Virus record (IMG/VR): IMGVR_UViG_3300010885_058768
Coordinates: 1 to 64,000 of that record
Strand: one strand, 5' to 3'
Source: an uncultured virus (IMG/VR IMGVR_UViG_3300010885_058768)
Taxonomy: Duplodnaviria; Heunggongvirae; Uroviricota; Caudoviricetes
DNA: 64,000 bases
In this document: one piece after another, positions 46,048 through 56,592 of the stretch
How positions within the stretch are numbered: the first letter of the stretch is position 1
Layout: each line of letters begins with the position of its first letter
Made by a program: the position numbers and the translations under genes
The notes under the pieces: generated by a model
Databases searched by the model: none
What the model was told of the DNA's origin: nothing
Seen by the model: only the letters and a program-made list of their open reading frames with translations

Positions 46048-46454
46048 CAGGCTGGGCAATAGACCTCTGGCACATAGTTAACGGAAGAGCACTAGTGAAT
46101 GGCCTTAGATTAGCGGACATGGATGCCGCAGACATGCTAGATGTCATTCACTACTTCTTCGACCAGGACATAAACTACGCATCGGGCGAGCAGGCGGAGG
46201 CGCACTCTCAGGTGCGTTCCGCTATGTATAAGGATTTATACAACATAGAGTACAAGTATGGAGTTAGCAGTAAGAACTCCAACAAGTACAGTTCTACTAC
46301 ATACGTAGCTGACTTCGACCTAGAGGAAGAAGAGCTAAAGCCTGTAGACCCAGTGAAAAAAGCAAGAGAAGTAAAGCCATACGTTGCTCCTACTACGGTC
46401 GACGTAGATGGAAAGCGCCCCTTTGGCTCGATGCTAGACGCGCCATTAGCTTAG
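46023..46454 (+). CDS. Tail assembly chaperone -1 frameshift part (T-like)
   Basis: -1 frame open from 46023 into track ORF 46095..46454. Confidence 0.75.
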   Translation, partial: PKSAARGLAGWAIDLWHIVNGRALVNGLRLADMDAADMLDVIHYFFDQDINYASGEQAEAHSQVRSAMYKDLYNIEYKYGVSSKNSNKYSSTTYVADFDLEEEELKPVDPVKKAREVKPYVAPTTVDVDGKRPFGSMLDAPLA

Positions 46455-46472
46455 GTTAGGAGGTGAGATGTA

Positions 46473-49400
46473 GTGGCCGGTAACATAGTCGGTAGTGCTT
46501 ATGTGCACATTCATGCCATAACCAAAGGCATTGGTAGAGAAATTGAAGAAGGTCTAAATAAGACCAAGGTCAACACTACCGGCGCAGGCAACATCGGCAA
46601 GAAAATTGGCGACACAGTTTCTAAGAGCATCAGCGATGGAATGACTGGTGGACTAAACAGAGGAAGCGGACAGGCGCTCGCGGCGCTTCGTAAGACTCAA
46701 AATGAGGCTGCTAGAATGCAGCAAAAGTTTATTAGCAACGCTAAAAAGGGTCCTAAGTTTCTTGACGCTCTAATCGAGCCAGGCTCTGCGGTATTCCAGG
46801 AAGTTAAGCAGGCTAGAGAATCCTTCAATCAACTTACCAAGTCCGGTATGAAGATGACAGCTATCATTGGAACTGTAATCACGAGCGTGTCAGACCTAGT
46901 CATTGGACTTGGAGCTCTTATCTTTGGTGCCGCTGCAGCAGCTCCAGCCTTCGTGGCTCTTGCTGGAGTCTTTATTCAATTCAAACTTGGAATGCTTGCC
47001 ACCAAACTTGCCATGCAGGGAGTTATGGAGGCTACCGGAGCTCTCTGGAAATCGCAGACCGCGCTGAATGACTCCTTCCGGGCGGCACGTCTTGAATTTA
47101 GAAATCTAAAGTTCGAGGCAGAGGGTGCAGCCTACGCAGAAGAAGGAGCAGCTCTTGCACTGCAGCAGGCTAAAATCGCGTTGCAAAGAGTTCAGGACCT
47201 TCCGCCTAATACTCAGGCAAGACGCCAGGCTGAGCTTGCGTACAAGCAGGCAGACCTATCATATAGACAGGCTATCGACAAAACAAAGGAAGCCACTCGC
47301 GCGGTAGATAAGGGTATTACCGCTACTCAGGCTTACCAGCCATTTGCCTCGCTAACTAAGACACAGCTTGCGTTTACTAAGTTCCTCGTGACTCTCCGTC
47401 CAAAGATGCAGGAGCTTCGTGGAATAGCGGCTGACAGCTTTATTCCTGCACTGCGAGACGGAATCAGCACTCTTGTTAATCGCGACTTTGGAATGTTTAA
47501 GACAGGAATTGGAAATCTGTCGAAGGGAATGTCAGGACTAGTAAAAGGTCTATTTGGCGCCTTTGACGACCCTAAGTTTAAAAAGAGTCTAAGCCAGGTT
47601 TTCGCTGGAGCAGGAGATACCTTACCTAAACTAGGAAAAACCTTTGGAAACGTATTTAAGCTTATAATGACGTGGGTTTCCGCCGCGCAACCTCTTATCA
47701 AAACGTTTAGTACCTGGCTTGAAAAGACCACGGGAAATGCGTCTAAGCTATTCCAGTCTAAGAAGGACAGCGGAGAGCTTACTAAGTTCTTTGAAAACGC
47801 GGGAGTAGTCGCAGCTAAGCTCGGCGCTATCATTAAAAACGTATTTACGATGCTTAACAGCTTTACCAAGGCTAACGCCGGACCAGGCTCTGGCGGGCAA
47901 ATGCTTCTCGACTGGATAAAGGACGTATCCGGAAAGTTCGCCGAGTGGACAAAGTCCGCGCCAGGACAAAAGAGCCTGTTCTCCTACTTCAAGGATGGCG
48001 CCGCTAACTTCAAGCAGATGTCGCAGACAATCGGAAAGTTTATCAAGCCGCTATTCACGATGGCCGGTGACCCAGACATCAAGCAGATGTGGGCAACAAT
48101 TGGAGAGGCTGCTCCTAACTTTGAAAGTATTCTAAAGAAGACACGCGAGGCAGCTCCCGCGATGGGAAGACTAGTCAAGCAAATCATTCGAGTAATCGAC
48201 ACCTTCACAGACCCAGGGCAAATCAAGGCGTTCTTTGACACGTTCACTAAAGCGCTAAAGATGGTTGGAGACTTCTTCAATCAGCCGTGGGTCAAGAGCA
48301 TTATGACTTGGCTTGGTCCAATAACTGGTGTCCTGCTTGCGCTAGGAACAATCGGCTCAGTTGGACAAAAAGTCTTTATGGCCTTGGCCGGTCACATACA
48401 GGTGTTTGCCTCTCCAATGAAAAAGGCTATTGGGTACTTTACCGAACTAGATACTGGTATCATGAAGGTTGGAAGACACAGCAAGGCTCTTGACACTCTT
48501 GCCGCGCCTTCGGACGCGCGGTTTAGTAAGATAGCTCGTGCAGGTAGACGAACTGAGTACATGGCACCTACAAGCAGACGCGCCATCAAGGAAATCACTG
48601 GGCAGGGTCTAGCGATTGGCAAGGCAGACGCGATGGCTGGAATGCCGATGACGTCAGTTCGCGCAGGCAGCAGAAAAGAGCTTAAGGCGTTTAGCCAAGG
48701 ACAGAGTCTTGCTGCTGGCTCAGGTCCACTAACTTACGCTAAGGGAATTCCAGCTACAGACGCAGCCACTACTGGATTCCAAAGAATGGGTATCGCTGCT
48801 AAGACCGCGCTGCGTGACATTGGCAAGGGCTTTGGAGCTCTAGGCGGAATGCTAAAGAGAAACTGGGTAATCCTAGCCATTGCCGCCTTGGTCGTGGCAC
48901 TTGTTGCGTTGTACAACAAGTCTAAGGACTTCCGCGACCTTATGAACACCTACATGAACAGTGTAGGCAAGGTTCTTATGAAGACCTTCAAGAGCATCAT
49001 GATAGCTCTACAGCCGTTGATCGACGCGTTCATGGAGCTGTTTGATGCTTTGTTTGGTGGAGAAGGCGGAGGAGGCGGCTTAGTAGGCATGCTTCTGACT
49101 GCACTTAAGCCTGTTCTTGGAATAATTATTGGCGTTATAGCTACAGTGCTTCAAGCAGTGGCTCCACTGATCGTTCTACTGGTCAAGGTGCTAGTTCCAG
49201 TTCTAACCTTTATAGTTGACATCATCACCGCCTTGGTCAACGGAATAAACCTTGTCGTTGGCGGAATACTTTCTATCTTTGGAGTAAAAAACGACATGGG
49301 CTCTGTAGATTCAACTAGCAGTCCTGACCTGACCGACGTCACCGAGAAAAATAAAGTTGACTGGGCGCAAATAAACAAGGACCAAAAGGAAGCTGCCACT

Positions 49401-50312
49401 CGTCAAATGGAAGCCGCTAACCAACAGTTAGAGGCTGCCAAGGGAACTAAGGACAAGGGAGACGACAAACTAGCGGCAGCGTACGCAAACGCTGTAGAGA
49501 TGCAAAACGTTCAGAAATCAAGCGCGTTTGAGCAACTAATTTACTACTTTGAAAAGTCTAAGAGCGAGACCGACCCGACCAAGGTTCGCGCACAGCAGGC
49601 TAACATGATTGCTATAGCTAAAAAGATTCCTTTTGCTACGGCAGACATAAAGCGACTTAGTGGAGCTAAAAACACCGAGGAAGCTGCCTTTGCGGCGTAC
49701 AAGGCTGCACTGGCCAACTTTAAGAAAAACTCCACCGATGAAAACGCAAAAGTAGTCGCGCAAAAACGGCTTGTCACCCAAAACGCAAGATCCACCTATC
49801 AAGGACTTCGCAGTCAGCTTACCACTAAATACGCTAGATACTCTATAGACCCTGCTACCGGAAACATCATAGACAGAGACGCTGGCGGCGCGCCGGTTGA
49901 CACTGCTTCGACTCCTACCACGTCTTCTTCTTCACCAACTGGTACAAAAACTAGCACTGCTAAGACCACGACCACGACCACCGCGGTTCCTACCGCTGGT
50001 TCTGTTGACTGGACCGCCATAAACGCCCAGTTGACGACGCAGAACGGCACGCTAGTAAGCATAAAGGAAAACATCGAGGGTGGAAATAGGCTTCTTAAAA
50101 CTCTAGTCACTCTAGGCAAGGAAGACGCCATCAAGCAGACAACTCTAACCACGTTGTACGCTGCTGGATTTGGATTGACCCAGAGTGCATACCCGGTGAT
50201 TACGATTGGCGGAAAGAGAATGGGAATTTCTGAAACAAATGCTCTATCCCAGAATGTCCTAGGACTTTCTTACCAGGCCGTTTTAGACAGAACTGATGAG
50301 TACGGACGCTAA
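46473..50312 (+). CDS. Tape measure protein
   Basis: 1279 aa, helical Ala/Gly-rich with hydrophobic segments; VGSAYVHI N-terminus. Confidence 0.9.
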   Translation: MAGNIVGSAYVHIHAITKGIGREIEEGLNKTKVNTTGAGNIGKKIGDTVSKSISDGMTGGLNRGSGQALAALRKTQNEAARMQQKFISNAKKGPKFLDALIEPGSAVFQEVKQARESFNQLTKSGMKMTAIIGTVITSVSDLVIGLGALIFGAAAAAPAFVALAGVFIQFKLGMLATKLAMQGVMEATGALWKSQTALNDSFRAARLEFRNLKFEAEGAAYAEEGAALALQQAKIALQRVQDLPPNTQARRQAELAYKQADLSYRQAIDKTKEATRAVDKGITATQAYQPFASLTKTQLAFTKFLVTLRPKMQELRGIAADSFIPALRDGISTLVNRDFGMFKTGIGNLSKGMSGLVKGLFGAFDDPKFKKSLSQVFAGAGDTLPKLGKTFGNVFKLIMTWVSAAQPLIKTFSTWLEKTTGNASKLFQSKKDSGELTKFFENAGVVAAKLGAIIKNVFTMLNSFTKANAGPGSGGQMLLDWIKDVSGKFAEWTKSAPGQKSLFSYFKDGAANFKQMSQTIGKFIKPLFTMAGDPDIKQMWATIGEAAPNFESILKKTREAAPAMGRLVKQIIRVIDTFTDPGQIKAFFDTFTKALKMVGDFFNQPWVKSIMTWLGPITGVLLALGTIGSVGQKVFMALAGHIQVFASPMKKAIGYFTELDTGIMKVGRHSKALDTLAAPSDARFSKIARAGRRTEYMAPTSRRAIKEITGQGLAIGKADAMAGMPMTSVRAGSRKELKAFSQGQSLAAGSGPLTYAKGIPATDAATTGFQRMGIAAKTALRDIGKGFGALGGMLKRNWVILAIAALVVALVALYNKSKDFRDLMNTYMNSVGKVLMKTFKSIMIALQPLIDAFMELFDALFGGEGGGGGLVGMLLTALKPVLGIIIGVIATVLQAVAPLIVLLVKVLVPVLTFIVDIITALVNGINLVVGGILSIFGVKNDMGSVDSTSSPDLTDVTEKNKVDWAQINKDQKEAATRQMEAANQQLEAAKGTKDKGDDKLAAAYANAVEMQNVQKSSAFEQLIYYFEKSKSETDPTKVRAQQANMIAIAKKIPFATADIKRLSGAKNTEEAAFAAYKAALANFKKNSTDENAKVVAQKRLVTQNARSTYQGLRSQLTTKYARYSIDPATGNIIDRDAGGAPVDTASTPTTSSSSPTGTKTSTAKTTTTTTAVPTAGSVDWTAINAQLTTQNGTLVSIKENIEGGNRLLKTLVTLGKEDAIKQTTLTTLYAAGFGLTQSAYPVITIGGKRMGISETNALSQNVLGLSYQAVLDRTDEYGR

Positions 50313-51706
50313 TGCCAACTAACCTACTGACTAATTCAAGTTTCGACGTCGACGCTGCGGGGTGGACGGCGCTAAACTCTACTATAGCCCGCGTAACTAC
50401 TCCAGCTCCAAAGAGTGGCGCGGGCTGTCTAAGCGTGACCAAGCAGGCAGCAGCTAACACCGGCTTCGCGCTTACTAACAAGATAGCGCTTGCCTCGGCT
50501 CAAACTAACCCGGCCGACCCTACTCGAGTCTACGGCTTTACTGGAAATCTTTTGGTAAATCAGGTCGGGCACTCGTGCACGCTAAACATCTACATAAGAT
50601 GGTACGATGCGTCTAACACTCTAGTTGTCTCAACCACGCGCTCAGTCATAAACATCTACGCTGGCAGAGGCTGGGTGCCATTTGCTATGTACGCGACTGC
50701 TCCTGTCACGGCAACACAGGCCACGGTTGAGATTTCACAAGCAGACGCTCCATCAAACGGAGACATCTTCTACGCTGACGAGCTAAGTTTCTTCGCGCTA
50801 ACACAGAGTCAAAAGACCGAGATAGTTAACGAAGTAATCGCGCCGCTGCCAACGTCTATTCAAAACCGTCACCTTACTGGACCTCAGTTAAAGGCCGACA
50901 TCTCCTTTGCAGGGCTTACTTTAAATACGATAGACGCGAGCAACGTAGTGTGGGTCTGCACTGACATGGTTGGCTGGTGGGGAATGTCAGACATCGAACT
51001 ACCTGACATTCCGCGTGGTCTAGAAGACGGTTCCTTTGATTCGAATCCAAGAAGACTTGCTAGACAGATTAGCCTTACAGGCTCGTTCCTGCCACGTGAC
51101 GCGAGCTACGTGGATGACGCTAAGTCTAACTTATTTAGGGCGATAAACGCAGCCCACGGTGGAGCCTGGCTCATAGTCGACGAGCAGCCGACCAAGGCTG
51201 CGTACGTAAGACTTGCCGCTAAGCCAGTTCTTACAAACATGACAGCTCGTGGAAAGCATAACTTCGAGATTCCACTTAGAGCTCCAGACCCTATAAAGTA
51301 CAGCTGGAACTACGCCGATAAGCTTGGCTACGAGTCAGTCTCTAGCACAGCTCCAGCGACTGCTATTCCAATAAACAATCTTGGAAACATAGCCGTTGGC
51401 GCTGTCTTTACTATAACTGGTCCTGCGCCTATAGGCGCCTTCGTGACCTGCGTGTTTGACAACGACAGCGTGTCGACTACTGAAACAATTACCCTCGTCA
51501 AAGCGCTAACTGCGGGGCAAAACTTGGTTATAGATACCTATGCTAAGAGTATAACTCTAGATGGTGCTACCGCTGGAGCAAGAGCGTACGTGTCCACTAC
51601 CTTTGACTGGATAAAGCTACGACCTGGACAGAATAGTCTGCAGCTAACTAGCTCCGACAGCGGCGCTAGACTTGCGATTAAGTATCGCTCTGGCTGGACC
51701 GGATAA
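50312..51706 (+). CDS. Distal tail-like protein with N-terminal carbohydrate-binding-like module
   Basis: NLLTNSSFDVDAAGW; RQISLTG, LRAPDPIKY, LRPGQN. Confidence 0.75.
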   Translation: MPTNLLTNSSFDVDAAGWTALNSTIARVTTPAPKSGAGCLSVTKQAAANTGFALTNKIALASAQTNPADPTRVYGFTGNLLVNQVGHSCTLNIYIRWYDASNTLVVSTTRSVINIYAGRGWVPFAMYATAPVTATQATVEISQADAPSNGDIFYADELSFFALTQSQKTEIVNEVIAPLPTSIQNRHLTGPQLKADISFAGLTLNTIDASNVVWVCTDMVGWWGMSDIELPDIPRGLEDGSFDSNPRRLARQISLTGSFLPRDASYVDDAKSNLFRAINAAHGGAWLIVDEQPTKAAYVRLAAKPVLTNMTARGKHNFEIPLRAPDPIKYSWNYADKLGYESVSSTAPATAIPINNLGNIAVGAVFTITGPAPIGAFVTCVFDNDSVSTTETITLVKALTAGQNLVIDTYAKSITLDGATAGARAYVSTTFDWIKLRPGQNSLQLTSSDSGARLAIKYRSGWTG

Positions 51707-51747
51707 AATATAACTTGACCATGAAAGACGATTAGACGGAGATTTAC

Positions 51748-54700
51748 ATGAGCGTTGACACTCCAAAGTATCGATACCTTGTCGCCAATTTTATTACTGG
51801 TGAAGTTCTATTAGAGCTACAACTAACAAACGTATCGTTTGGTAGAAACCTAAAGTCTCCAGGACCGTTTTCTGGAACCATTCCAGTTCTGCCTGGAACA
51901 AACGTATCTGAGCTGTATAACGCGACTATGCCTGGTAAGACAGCGCTATACGTATTGCGAAATAACGCCGTTGTGTGGGGAGGGTTGCTTTGGACTCGAG
52001 AGTACAACATCTTTGAAAGAATAATTTCTCTAACTGGTTTGGAGTTTCCTAGCTATCTAAACCGAAGACTTATCTGGAAAACCTACTCATTTAGCTATAA
52101 TTCAAGAGTGATTAGAGACTACACAGACGCCAGCGGAAAGGCACGCGTAGTTGTTGACAAAAACGACTCGCATGGTTTCATGCCTGGTGACTCAATAAAT
52201 CTGCAGTACGACGGTGCGGCTATCTACTACAAGTACGACAATTTTAAGCTAAAGGTCTTAGCGGACCCTGTGCCAGTGAACGACGTAATTTATGAGTCAC
52301 AGGTTGTCGTGCCAAACGTTACGTCAACTAAGTACTCATACAACAAGGGGTATAAAAAGGTAGTTGCAGAGATAGTCCTAAACGACGACCCGACTCTTCT
52401 TGCCAATCAGTGGTTCACAGTTTCTAATGTCTCTGAGTTCTACAATGGCAGCTACAGATGTATAGCCAGTCCGGGAGACGGAGATGACGTACCATACTCG
52501 GTAATCTACGACATCGGGAAAAAAGACACTAAGATAGCCATAAATAAGATAGTCACCTCTAAAACCAGCGTGGCAGCTGACAGAACTGTGACGTTCTTTT
52601 TAGATACTAAGCACGTTCACTTCTTTACAACTGGCACAGCCGTAAACATAACTGGCTTCGCTGGAAGCTGCATCGCTGGAACTGCAAGTGAACTAAATCT
52701 GTACAACGGAGTCTACGTGGTCACAAGCGTGGACTACGTGGGAAACAAGTTTACCGCTAAGGCTCCGACCGGCGCGGTGAACAACAAGACCTATACTAAA
52801 TACAAGGTAGTAAATGGCAAGACGGTGACCAATCTTGCAGCCTCTAGCTCCTTTGGCGAGGTAGACATAGTCAAGCCAACAAGCAAAACGTTTACAACAG
52901 TCGTGGTGAGCCAGAGCGGCGGATTTGACAACTACGTGCTTACTCTAAACAACGTTACCGACCTCTACGTAGGGCAGTACGTGCAGCTCGCGGGAGTGCT
53001 GAACCAAGTTCCGCTCGGAGGAACTGGAACCTTTGACCTTGGAGACCTAAACGAGCAAGGGCTAATCGGCGACGCAGACGTGCTTCCGATAATCACAAAC
53101 GTAGACTCCGTAAATAGCAAGGTCACGGTAAAGAACCAAGGTCTGTCGTACTCTCCTACGTTAGGAACGTACAGCGGCGCTAACGTGACGGGGTCAGAGC
53201 TGACGCCATACATTCTAAGACCTACGTTAGTCGACCTAAACGTGCCAAAGAACGCTATCTCGTCTTTAGTCACTACGGCTACAACCTTCTGGGTGCAGTC
53301 AAGATACAAGATAACTGCGTGCAAGATCGACAAGACTGGAACTGTAACTGCTACGCTAGATACTGCAAATCACAGTCTTATTCAGGGAGCAGGCTTTTAC
53401 GTCTACGGGCTAACAGGTAGCACCACGACTCAAAAGAACTACGCCGGCTACGTAAATAACAACGGATGGGATAGCACCGACTCCGTAAAGGCCGTAGGAT
53501 ACACGGTCCTGGACATAGGAAAAAATTCTCAAAAGAACGTCATAAAGTTCAAGGTTGCCGGAGACCAGAACGATAAAATAACCACCGCCGTCGCGCTGCC
53601 TGCTCAAACGACTGCGTATCTAGAGGTCTTTCCAAACACGGTGCAAACAAGTAAGTTCTGGGGTTCACCAGATGGCTCGCTTAGCGCTACCGTTTTGGTT
53701 GGCGTAAATAGCTACGAGTACGTAAGAGAGTTGCTGCGCAACGTGCTCGAGGACTTTCAGTCTTATCGCTTTGCGAACAACCAGATTGAGCCTGGAGTCA
53801 CTCTGACCCAGACCGGCATCGTTGGCTATGATACCACTACTGCAAGCGGAGGTCGCGTAAAGGTTGTGCTCACCTTAGACGCTCCAAGTAAGCTTATAGT
53901 TGGAGAAAAGTTTAGAGTACTCAACGTTGGAACTGCGGAAGGTAATTTAGTTAGCGGGTTCTACACGGTGTCAGAGGTAAGCAACGATCTAGAGACCGAG
54001 GTATACACGGTATCCTACTACGTAGCCGCAAGCGAGGTTAGCTCGCCAGATGCGACGTACGAACTGGCTGAGACGCGCTTGTTCCCTAGGTACAAGAAAA
54101 TCTCTTGGGATGGAAAACTAAAAAAGACACAGTGCACTATACGAGTGTATAACCCAGACGCCGTGACTGACCTAATCTCAGACCTCTACACCAACATTTC
54201 TCTGAACATTGGAGACTACATAACCGCTAAAAGTATAGACCTGCCTAACAGTGGCTCTCTCCTATACGACACAAACGCGGCAAAGATAACACGCCTAGTC
54301 TGGAAGAATAGTGGCGCAATTTCTAGCAAGTACGTAGAAGTGACCTATAACTCGCCAGCTCAAAGCGTGAAAGGAAAGCAGCCAGAGGGCGTGCAGGCTG
54401 AAACAAGTAAGAGCATTCAATTTGACTACCTAAAATACGCAGTCAGCGGTGGAGTTGCGACCGTGACGTTGTACGTTCCTGGAAACTATAACCTGACCGA
54501 CAACACCATAGGACTTAGAGAAGGTGACGTAGTTAACCTGAGTGTCACGACTGAAAAGGGCAAGACAAACTCTAACTCAGCGTATGACACCACTAAAAAG
54601 AAACGCGCTATAGTTATTTCAACAACTGATTCGATGAGAAGTAAGTCAGTGGACAATCCAGACAAAAAGAGCACTGACAAAAAAATTACAAGAACCGAGG

Positions 54701-56592
54701 TAGTGCTACAGTACGAAGAAGTTCTTGCCACTAGACAGTCTACTAAGAACGCCTTTATAAAGCAAAGTGGAAAGATTACGTTCTACCTAAAGCGAATCGA
54801 CGACTACGCCAAGGTTTCCGCGGGGCACGTCGCTCAACTCATAAAGCCATACGCGATTAGGTCCAAGTCATTTGGAGAATTCCCTAACTCAGCGGACATG
54901 GGCGGACTAAACTTTTCAATTGAAAAACAGATACAGAGCGTCGCGCTATCGAGTGACGGTATCGCTACGATAACGACAGCAACTCCTCATAATTTCAACA
55001 GAGCATCAGTAGTCAACAACATTACGGGTATAGAGCAGTCTGGCACGACTACAACTATCTACTTTGACAGACGCCACAACATCTCTCCTACCGACACTGT
55101 AAAGATTTCTAACCTACAAATTCCTCTAAACCCGACTATACAAAATGAATACAACGCAACGTACATAGTCACCGAGGTAAATGGAACTGCAAACTACGAC
55201 GCCGGTCCATGGTTTGTAAAGTTTATACATGGAACAAGCAGAACTCTTTCACAGAGAACCGCGAGTGGTATCTTGTATAGCGGAAGCTCGCAGATAATTG
55301 TACGAATAATCTCTAGTGATAAGACTTTGTCTATTTTTAATGGAGACTACATAATCTATAGCGAGCCGACCTCGACAAGTTTCACCTACCAACTTTCTAG
55401 AAGATGCGCGGTGCTACAGAATACTGAGATTATTAGCGTTGCTGGAAACGTGTCCAGGTTGAGATTTACTACTGACGCGACATATAACTACGCAGTCGGG
55501 CAAAACGTCAAATTGACTGGTGCGTCTGGAAGTCCATACAATGCGATAAATGGAGTCTCTCTTGAGGTGAAGGCTGTTGATACCTCTAGAAACACCTTTG
55601 ACGTAGACTTTAATAACGCGACTATCGCGGCCTTCGGCGAAAGCTCGGTACTTGACTTTGGCAGCAACGTTTTTGTGAGCTACCCGCAAATGACTACTAC
55701 AAACATTAGTGCTGTCACGACTACGCTTGCGACTGCCACTCTAGATGGAGGAATAGTTTCTGGCACGGACTTTATCAAAGGCTCAGACTATCAAAACGTG
55801 GCTAAGCACCTTGACACATACTCAAATTCAATAAATGGATTTGAATACCGAATAGACGCGAACTACAACGCGACTACTAATAAGTTTGAAAAAACGTTTG
55901 TGTTTATTCCAATAAACTTCTACGACCCAAAGCCGGGCGAGGTCTCTGACCCAAGCAGATTTGGCGCCGACCAGCTGCAGTTTGAGTACCCTGGAAACAT
56001 AATCAACGTCTCTCTTGCGGAATCTGCTGAGGAAGGCAACACGAGGTTCTTCGTCGTTGGCGACACGCAGACAGGCGACGCAGAAACAAACCCGTACAGC
56101 TCAGCGGCTTCTTCGACTGACCTTCTTGGAGCCGGGTGGCCGCTGCTAGAGGGAACTGAAAAGGCGGAATGGCCTATCCTTGCCAACGCCTTCACCGGTA
56201 AAACTCCAGGCAACGTTGACCGCTGGAGTAATAACGATATAGAGGCTGACCTATACAAAACAGCTAGGCGCTATCTAACTCAAAGTAGACCACCAACTGG
56301 GCAATTCAGCGTCGTGGTAAACGGAAACTTTGAGCCGCAGGTTGGTACCTACGCTCCAGGAGACTGGTGCCAGGTTAACATCGACAATCCATTCCTAAAA
56401 CAAAGACTGCAGAGCGGGCTGGAGCCAAGAAACACTACCTTTGTTAGAAAGATAGATGGGTACACGGTAGAGGTGCCAAACTCTCCGGCTGAACCAGAGA
56501 GAGTCACTTTAAATCTAAAGACCGAGTGGATGGTCGACCGGTTCCCGGCGCAAATTGCAGCTGACGATGAATACATTCAGGGGTCTTACTAA
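51748..56592 (+). CDS. Large minor tail / baseplate hub protein with inserted beta domains
   Basis: VVWGGLLWTR N-terminus, FEYPGNI and YAPGDWC C-terminus. Confidence 0.75.
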   Translation: MSVDTPKYRYLVANFITGEVLLELQLTNVSFGRNLKSPGPFSGTIPVLPGTNVSELYNATMPGKTALYVLRNNAVVWGGLLWTREYNIFERIISLTGLEFPSYLNRRLIWKTYSFSYNSRVIRDYTDASGKARVVVDKNDSHGFMPGDSINLQYDGAAIYYKYDNFKLKVLADPVPVNDVIYESQVVVPNVTSTKYSYNKGYKKVVAEIVLNDDPTLLANQWFTVSNVSEFYNGSYRCIASPGDGDDVPYSVIYDIGKKDTKIAINKIVTSKTSVAADRTVTFFLDTKHVHFFTTGTAVNITGFAGSCIAGTASELNLYNGVYVVTSVDYVGNKFTAKAPTGAVNNKTYTKYKVVNGKTVTNLAASSSFGEVDIVKPTSKTFTTVVVSQSGGFDNYVLTLNNVTDLYVGQYVQLAGVLNQVPLGGTGTFDLGDLNEQGLIGDADVLPIITNVDSVNSKVTVKNQGLSYSPTLGTYSGANVTGSELTPYILRPTLVDLNVPKNAISSLVTTATTFWVQSRYKITACKIDKTGTVTATLDTANHSLIQGAGFYVYGLTGSTTTQKNYAGYVNNNGWDSTDSVKAVGYTVLDIGKNSQKNVIKFKVAGDQNDKITTAVALPAQTTAYLEVFPNTVQTSKFWGSPDGSLSATVLVGVNSYEYVRELLRNVLEDFQSYRFANNQIEPGVTLTQTGIVGYDTTTASGGRVKVVLTLDAPSKLIVGEKFRVLNVGTAEGNLVSGFYTVSEVSNDLETEVYTVSYYVAASEVSSPDATYELAETRLFPRYKKISWDGKLKKTQCTIRVYNPDAVTDLISDLYTNISLNIGDYITAKSIDLPNSGSLLYDTNAAKITRLVWKNSGAISSKYVEVTYNSPAQSVKGKQPEGVQAETSKSIQFDYLKYAVSGGVATVTLYVPGNYNLTDNTIGLREGDVVNLSVTTEKGKTNSNSAYDTTKKKRAIVISTTDSMRSKSVDNPDKKSTDKKITRTEVVLQYEEVLATRQSTKNAFIKQSGKITFYLKRIDDYAKVSAGHVAQLIKPYAIRSKSFGEFPNSADMGGLNFSIEKQIQSVALSSDGIATITTATPHNFNRASVVNNITGIEQSGTTTTIYFDRRHNISPTDTVKISNLQIPLNPTIQNEYNATYIVTEVNGTANYDAGPWFVKFIHGTSRTLSQRTASGILYSGSSQIIVRIISSDKTLSIFNGDYIIYSEPTSTSFTYQLSRRCAVLQNTEIISVAGNVSRLRFTTDATYNYAVGQNVKLTGASGSPYNAINGVSLEVKAVDTSRNTFDVDFNNATIAAFGESSVLDFGSNVFVSYPQMTTTNISAVTTTLATATLDGGIVSGTDFIKGSDYQNVAKHLDTYSNSINGFEYRIDANYNATTNKFEKTFVFIPINFYDPKPGEVSDPSRFGADQLQFEYPGNIINVSLAESAEEGNTRFFVVGDTQTGDAETNPYSSAASSTDLLGAGWPLLEGTEKAEWPILANAFTGKTPGNVDRWSNNDIEADLYKTARRYLTQSRPPTGQFSVVVNGNFEPQVGTYAPGDWCQVNIDNPFLKQRLQSGLEPRNTTFVRKIDGYTVEVPNSPAEPERVTLNLKTEWMVDRFPAQIAADDEYIQGSY

